Positions 59,666-64,000 of a stretch of 64,000 bases of DNA are shown here, one piece after another. The translations under genes were made by a program, and so were the position numbers. The notes below the pieces were generated by a model that was not told the DNA's origin, did not search any database, and worked only from the letters and a program-made list of their open reading frames with translations. The stretch covers positions 78,740,001 to 78,804,000 of the forward strand of contig OX597821.1 in assembly GCA_951406725.2 (NCBI GenBank), written 5' to 3'. This stretch comes from Octopus vulgaris. Taxonomy: Eukaryota. Position 1 is the stretch's first letter. Each line of letters starts with the position of its first letter.

Positions 59666-60419
59666 GGAGGGAGAGAGAGGGAAAGAAAGTGAGAGAGATA
59701 GCAAAATTCATTTTCGAACATAAAGTGGCAGTACTGGTTAGCTCCAGGAAAACATGGTCTCCAGCTGGCTATCAAGACACTAACTGCGTCCATATATTTT
59801 CAAACAAGAGAGTTAGCGTCCCCAGTCTGCTTAACGCAATATCTGTAAACCAATGTTTTCTGGGTTATTTCTCTTCATCAGCACAAAGATGGTGACACTA
59901 GTTCTTGTTCGAAGTATATACTTTACAAAGGGACACACATCACTGATCTCATAAATAGAGAAATTATTAGCTCTAAATCTCTGAACAAGAAACATACAGA
60001 AACAGTACGATAGAGTAAAGTTTATTTACCAACGTTAAGCGGCAGTCCTGATTAGGACCAATGTGACTGTTCTCTAGACCCAAGTAAATATCGTCTCCAG
60101 TTGGCCCACTCCACTCAATGCAATATCTGTGTGCCGATGGGTTTCTGGGTTATTTCACTGCGAATACATTTAGTGATCGATGTTTACAGGTAAAAATTAC
60201 ACTGCTGCGTTCATTAAGATAACCCGTAAATTTCAAAATAGCTAAGACCTTTGCTATGCCGAGATCACACTTGGTATTATACTGGATGGGATTAGGGCTA
60301 CTTAGGTACAACTGGCACTGTAACAGCTGGTGGTGGTCTGGCTTAGATTAGACCTGGAAACAATAATCGCTAGGAGGTTGTTAAACAATCCTGGAACTCC
60401 TGTATCAAGACCCTACTAC

Positions 60420-60458
<39 letters not shown>

Positions 60459-61494
60459 TGCGGGTATGTGTGTGTGTGTGTGTGTGTGTAAAATAGATAT
60501 ATATGTACATAAAAGAGCATCTAAGTTCTAACAAACAATATGGTACATATAAGAGTTGGCATTGATGAATTCAGAAATAAAGATTCGATTATAGACAAAC
60601 TGGGAGAAAAGAAAAGCAAAAAAAAAACTCATGGATTTAAGAGTAGGAACAAGCTTAAACAAGAAACGTTTGAGAAATAGACTGATGAATATAATCTTGA
60701 GGAAATAAAACAGTAACATTTACAATAACTTCCGGTTGCTGAATGCGAAACGTAAACTAGCCTGTAGTTAAACAGATAATCATTAGTGATTGATTTCTTA
60801 TACAAACTATTGCAATATAATGGCTTTGTACGCTTAAATGGCTAGTTTTCTCCGGATGATAACCTACTTTCCTCTTAATTATCGAATAGTACCGAAAACA
60901 ATTAAGTTTTTTTTTATCTCTTCGCACAACTGGAGTTGCAGTAAAGTGTTCCATTTTCCCAAACTAGCGCAATAAACAATTATTTTTCATGGCTTGCATT
61001 TATATATTTCGTAGGGTTTGGGGCTTGAATTTGACAATAATTTTCTCTTTTTTTTTTCAGGAACAACTTGATGTAATAGTGAACAGTCAACGGCGTTGGA
61101 GAGCATAAATATTACTGTTGTAGTTGAGATGAAATTAACTGACATGGAGGACGGCTTGCAACCTGAATATTAGAAAAGAGTTACCTGCATCATGCGAACT
61201 TGTGCCTATTATCAAATTACCGATATCATGACTCGTGATCAGTTCTTTGTTAGCCCTGTAAACGCGTGTGCGCATATATGATGATGCGTGTAAGTATGTA
61301 TGTGAGAATGGGAGCAGTGTGTGAGTACGTAATTGTGGGTGGGTTAATGTGTGTATGCGTATGGATGTGTATATATGTGTGAGGCTAAAGTGTGTATGTG
61401 TGCGCGTGTGTGTATGTTGTGTGTACTTGTTAAGGTAGTGTGTTCACTTGTGTACGTGTGAGTGTGTGTGCATATGTACAATGTATATGTAGCT

Positions 61495-62090
61495 AGTAGG
61501 ATCGCGGTTTTGATTTCCAGACCGGTCATTGTGAGTGTTTACTGAGCGAAAACACCTAAAGCTCCACGAGGCTCCGGCAAGGGATGTTGGCGAACCCTGC
61601 TGTCATCTTTCACTACAATTTTCTCTCACCCTTTCTTCCTGTTTCTTTTGTACCTGCATTTCAAAGAATCAACCTTGTCATGCTCTATGTCGCGCTGAAT
61701 CTCCCTCGAGAATTATGTTAAGGGTACATGTGTATATGGAGTGCTCAGCCACTTGCATGTTAATTTCATGAGCAAGCTGTTCCGTTGATCCGTGAGTGTT
61801 TATTGAACGAAAATGCATAAAGCTCAACGAGGCTCCAGCAGGGATGACGGCGAACCCTGCTATATTCTTTTACCACAACTTTCTCTCACTCTTTCTTCCT
61901 GATTCTGTGTTACCTGTATTTCAAAGGGCCAGCCTTGTCACACTCTGTGTCACGCTGAATCTCCTCGAGAACTACATTAAGGGTATACGTATCTGTGGAG
62001 TGCTCTGTCACACGTTAATTTCATGAGCAGGTTTTTCCGTTGATCAGATCGACTGGAACCCTTGGCGTCGTAACCGGCGGAGTGCCACGG
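61495..62090 (+). mobile_element. Two tandem SINE bodies
   Basis: gtgagtgttta.tga.cgaaaa..gctc.acgaggctcc..cgaaccctgct..gctgaatctcc..ttaatttcatgagca occurs twice (~61530 and ~61792). Confidence 0.7.
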
Positions 62091-62539
62091 CAGTGTATAT
62101 GTTTGGACGAAGTTATATGTGTTAATGCGCGTTGCATGTGCGTGCGTATACATTGTCTGTGGTCAGGTATTGTGTTCTTGTATGGGTGTAGGAGTGTATA
62201 TGTTGTGTGGAGTGTGTACTGAGTTAAACAGTGTGTGGGCTACTCGTATATTAGTATGTGGGGTACCGCTAGTGAAGATATTGTGTATGTGTGGATAATG
62301 GAGTGTGATGTATGGATAATGACGTGTGATGTGGATACTGAGAAGTGTTCGATGCTAGTGTGTGTGTGGAGTGGGAAGGTGTTTGTGGGTATGTATGTAA
62401 TTGTGTGTATGAAGTCAAGAATGACTGAAAAAGTGTCCGTGGGTATTTGTACAGTCGTATGTGTGTGTGTGTGGTGAGGGTATCGAAGTAGGTTGTGAAG
62501 TGGTTGAATGAGGGAGGTGTGTGGGAATCCGCGTGGGGT

Positions 62540-64000
62540 TGGTGTCAGATGAAGAGTGATAATAACTTCAGTCCGTATGACGCAAAGGAACGGAGAGGGA
62601 AGCTTAATTCTTGTTCATGGCGAAGACAGGATCCTGGGTGGTCCCTGTGTAGAGACAGTTCGAACACAGATAGATGGTGTAGCCAGTGATTGGAAGAGCA
62701 GAAGTTGAGCGACACCAGAATGTCATTGTCATGTATGATATCTCGGAGGTGCTCCACGAACCGGTAACCCAAGTCTCGTCTGAGCAATGTACAGGATAGG
62801 AAAGAGAGAGCAGAAGATGCAGTAAATAACATTACTGGCGGTGCAGCTAAAGGAGTCGGTGAGATGATAGGAACGGTGATGGGTGCCAGTGAGGATAATG
62901 GTGTTGGAGAGGTAGAGGCAGATGTGACAGCGTGGGCAGGAGCAGGGGAAGGAGCCAGACTGAGAGGCAGTGACAGAGAAGAAACTGTGGATCGGAAGGT
63001 CATGCAGCTATGGGTTCGTTTGAAGGAAGAAAGGAAGGAAGGAAGGGATAGGTTAGGGAAGGTTACGAGGTGGAGGGGTAGAACTGGAGTCACTGGAAGG
63101 CTCGGAGAATGATGCGTTGGAGGAGCAGGGTGGAGGTGTAATAGAGGAGGGAAAACGGGAACAGGTAAGGGTGGTGCAGGTGCGAGGAGAAATGGCAGAG
63201 GTAGAAGCACAGATCTTGCCCGGGTTAGGTCTTTATGGATAATGTTGAGGGATATCCACGTGGAATGAACTAGTGAGCCATGAGTTGAGACTGAATCTCA
63301 AAGTTGTGATCGTCACAGCAGAGCCGTCGTAGACGGACGAATTGGGAGTAGTGGAAGGTGAGCTTTGGAGGGGTACAGTAGAAGGAGGAGAAGTTAGGAT
63401 ACCAGTGTGAGTAAATGTGTTTGTAGCGGATTGACGTAGCGAGAGCGGATTGTTGTATCTTGACAGAAATGTCAAGAAATTCGACGGAAGATTTAGAGAT
63501 ATTGCGGGAGAATTCGAAAGCAGGATGGAAGGAATCGACAAAGGAGAAGAACTAGTCCAGATATTCGTGGAAGAGTGAGGTCACGCCGATACAGTCATCA
63601 ATATAAAGACCGTATAGCTCAGGAGTGGAACCAGTGAATTGTGAGAATGTTTGGGCCTCAAAAAGGTTTGCATATTTGGAACCTATTCTCGTTCCCATGC
63701 CCGCTCTCGACATCTGTCGGTAAAACTCCCCTACGAACACGAAGCAATTGAGGGAGAGATCAAGTTCGGCCAACCGAAGACGTGTGGAGAAGGCTAAGGG
63801 TCTGGTCGAATGTCAAGGAAGTTTTTAAGCGCAAGAAGGCCTTCGTCGTGGGGATCATCCTATACAAAGATTTAATGTCGGGAGTGAACAGAAGTTGAGA
63901 GCGGCCAGAAGCGAAAGAGAAGAGTTAAACAGACGGAGAGCATCATTGGTGTCATGAATGTGTGAGGGAAAGGACATGGTCGAGGTGTTTGGAAAACATT
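62540..64000 (-). mobile_element. Decayed Penelope-like element (RT + GIY-YIG), runs past window end
   Basis: FYRQMSRAGMGTRIGSKYANLF, YIDDCIG, RFVEHLRDI, RHEQELSF..YGL; frameshifts. Confidence 0.8.

Noticed and set aside
61061-61108. Plus-strand acceptor (tttttttcag) followed by EQLDVIVNSQRRWRA*
   Set aside because: Too short, with no partner exons or recognisable homology.
62545-63210. Pro-rich 221-aa ORF as a host gene
   Set aside because: It is an off-frame/in-frame mosaic of the decayed PLE, ending in GIY-YIG residues.

Overview
AT-rich, microsatellite-dense eukaryotic DNA. The SINE and repeat content suggests an octopus or other cephalopod (inference). The only host genes I can support are two tandem minus-strand paralogs about 34-38 kb apart. 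Each encodes a signal peptide plus an 8-Cys PAN/Apple-like domain (coding exons 163-484 and 38305-38614) and has a homologous putative non-coding first exon/promoter (~10.0-11.4 kb and ~44.2-45.6 kb). One further probable coding exon lies at 33096-33247. The rest is mostly mobile DNA: Penelope-like elements (PLEs), Tc1/mariner and Tigger remnants, R4/Dong-like RLE retroelements, an ORF1-only LINE derivative inserted in a SINE, and many tRNA-derived SINEs. The most striking hidden layer is about a dozen type I hammerhead-ribozyme motifs. They include compensatory C3-G8, U3-A8 and G3-C8 core variants, one in a 359-bp partial-tandem retrozyme-like unit and two in a near-perfect ~760-bp palindrome. 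A 2.3-kb nested palindrome centred on (TA)n is also present. All calls were made by eye; no searches or folding were run.
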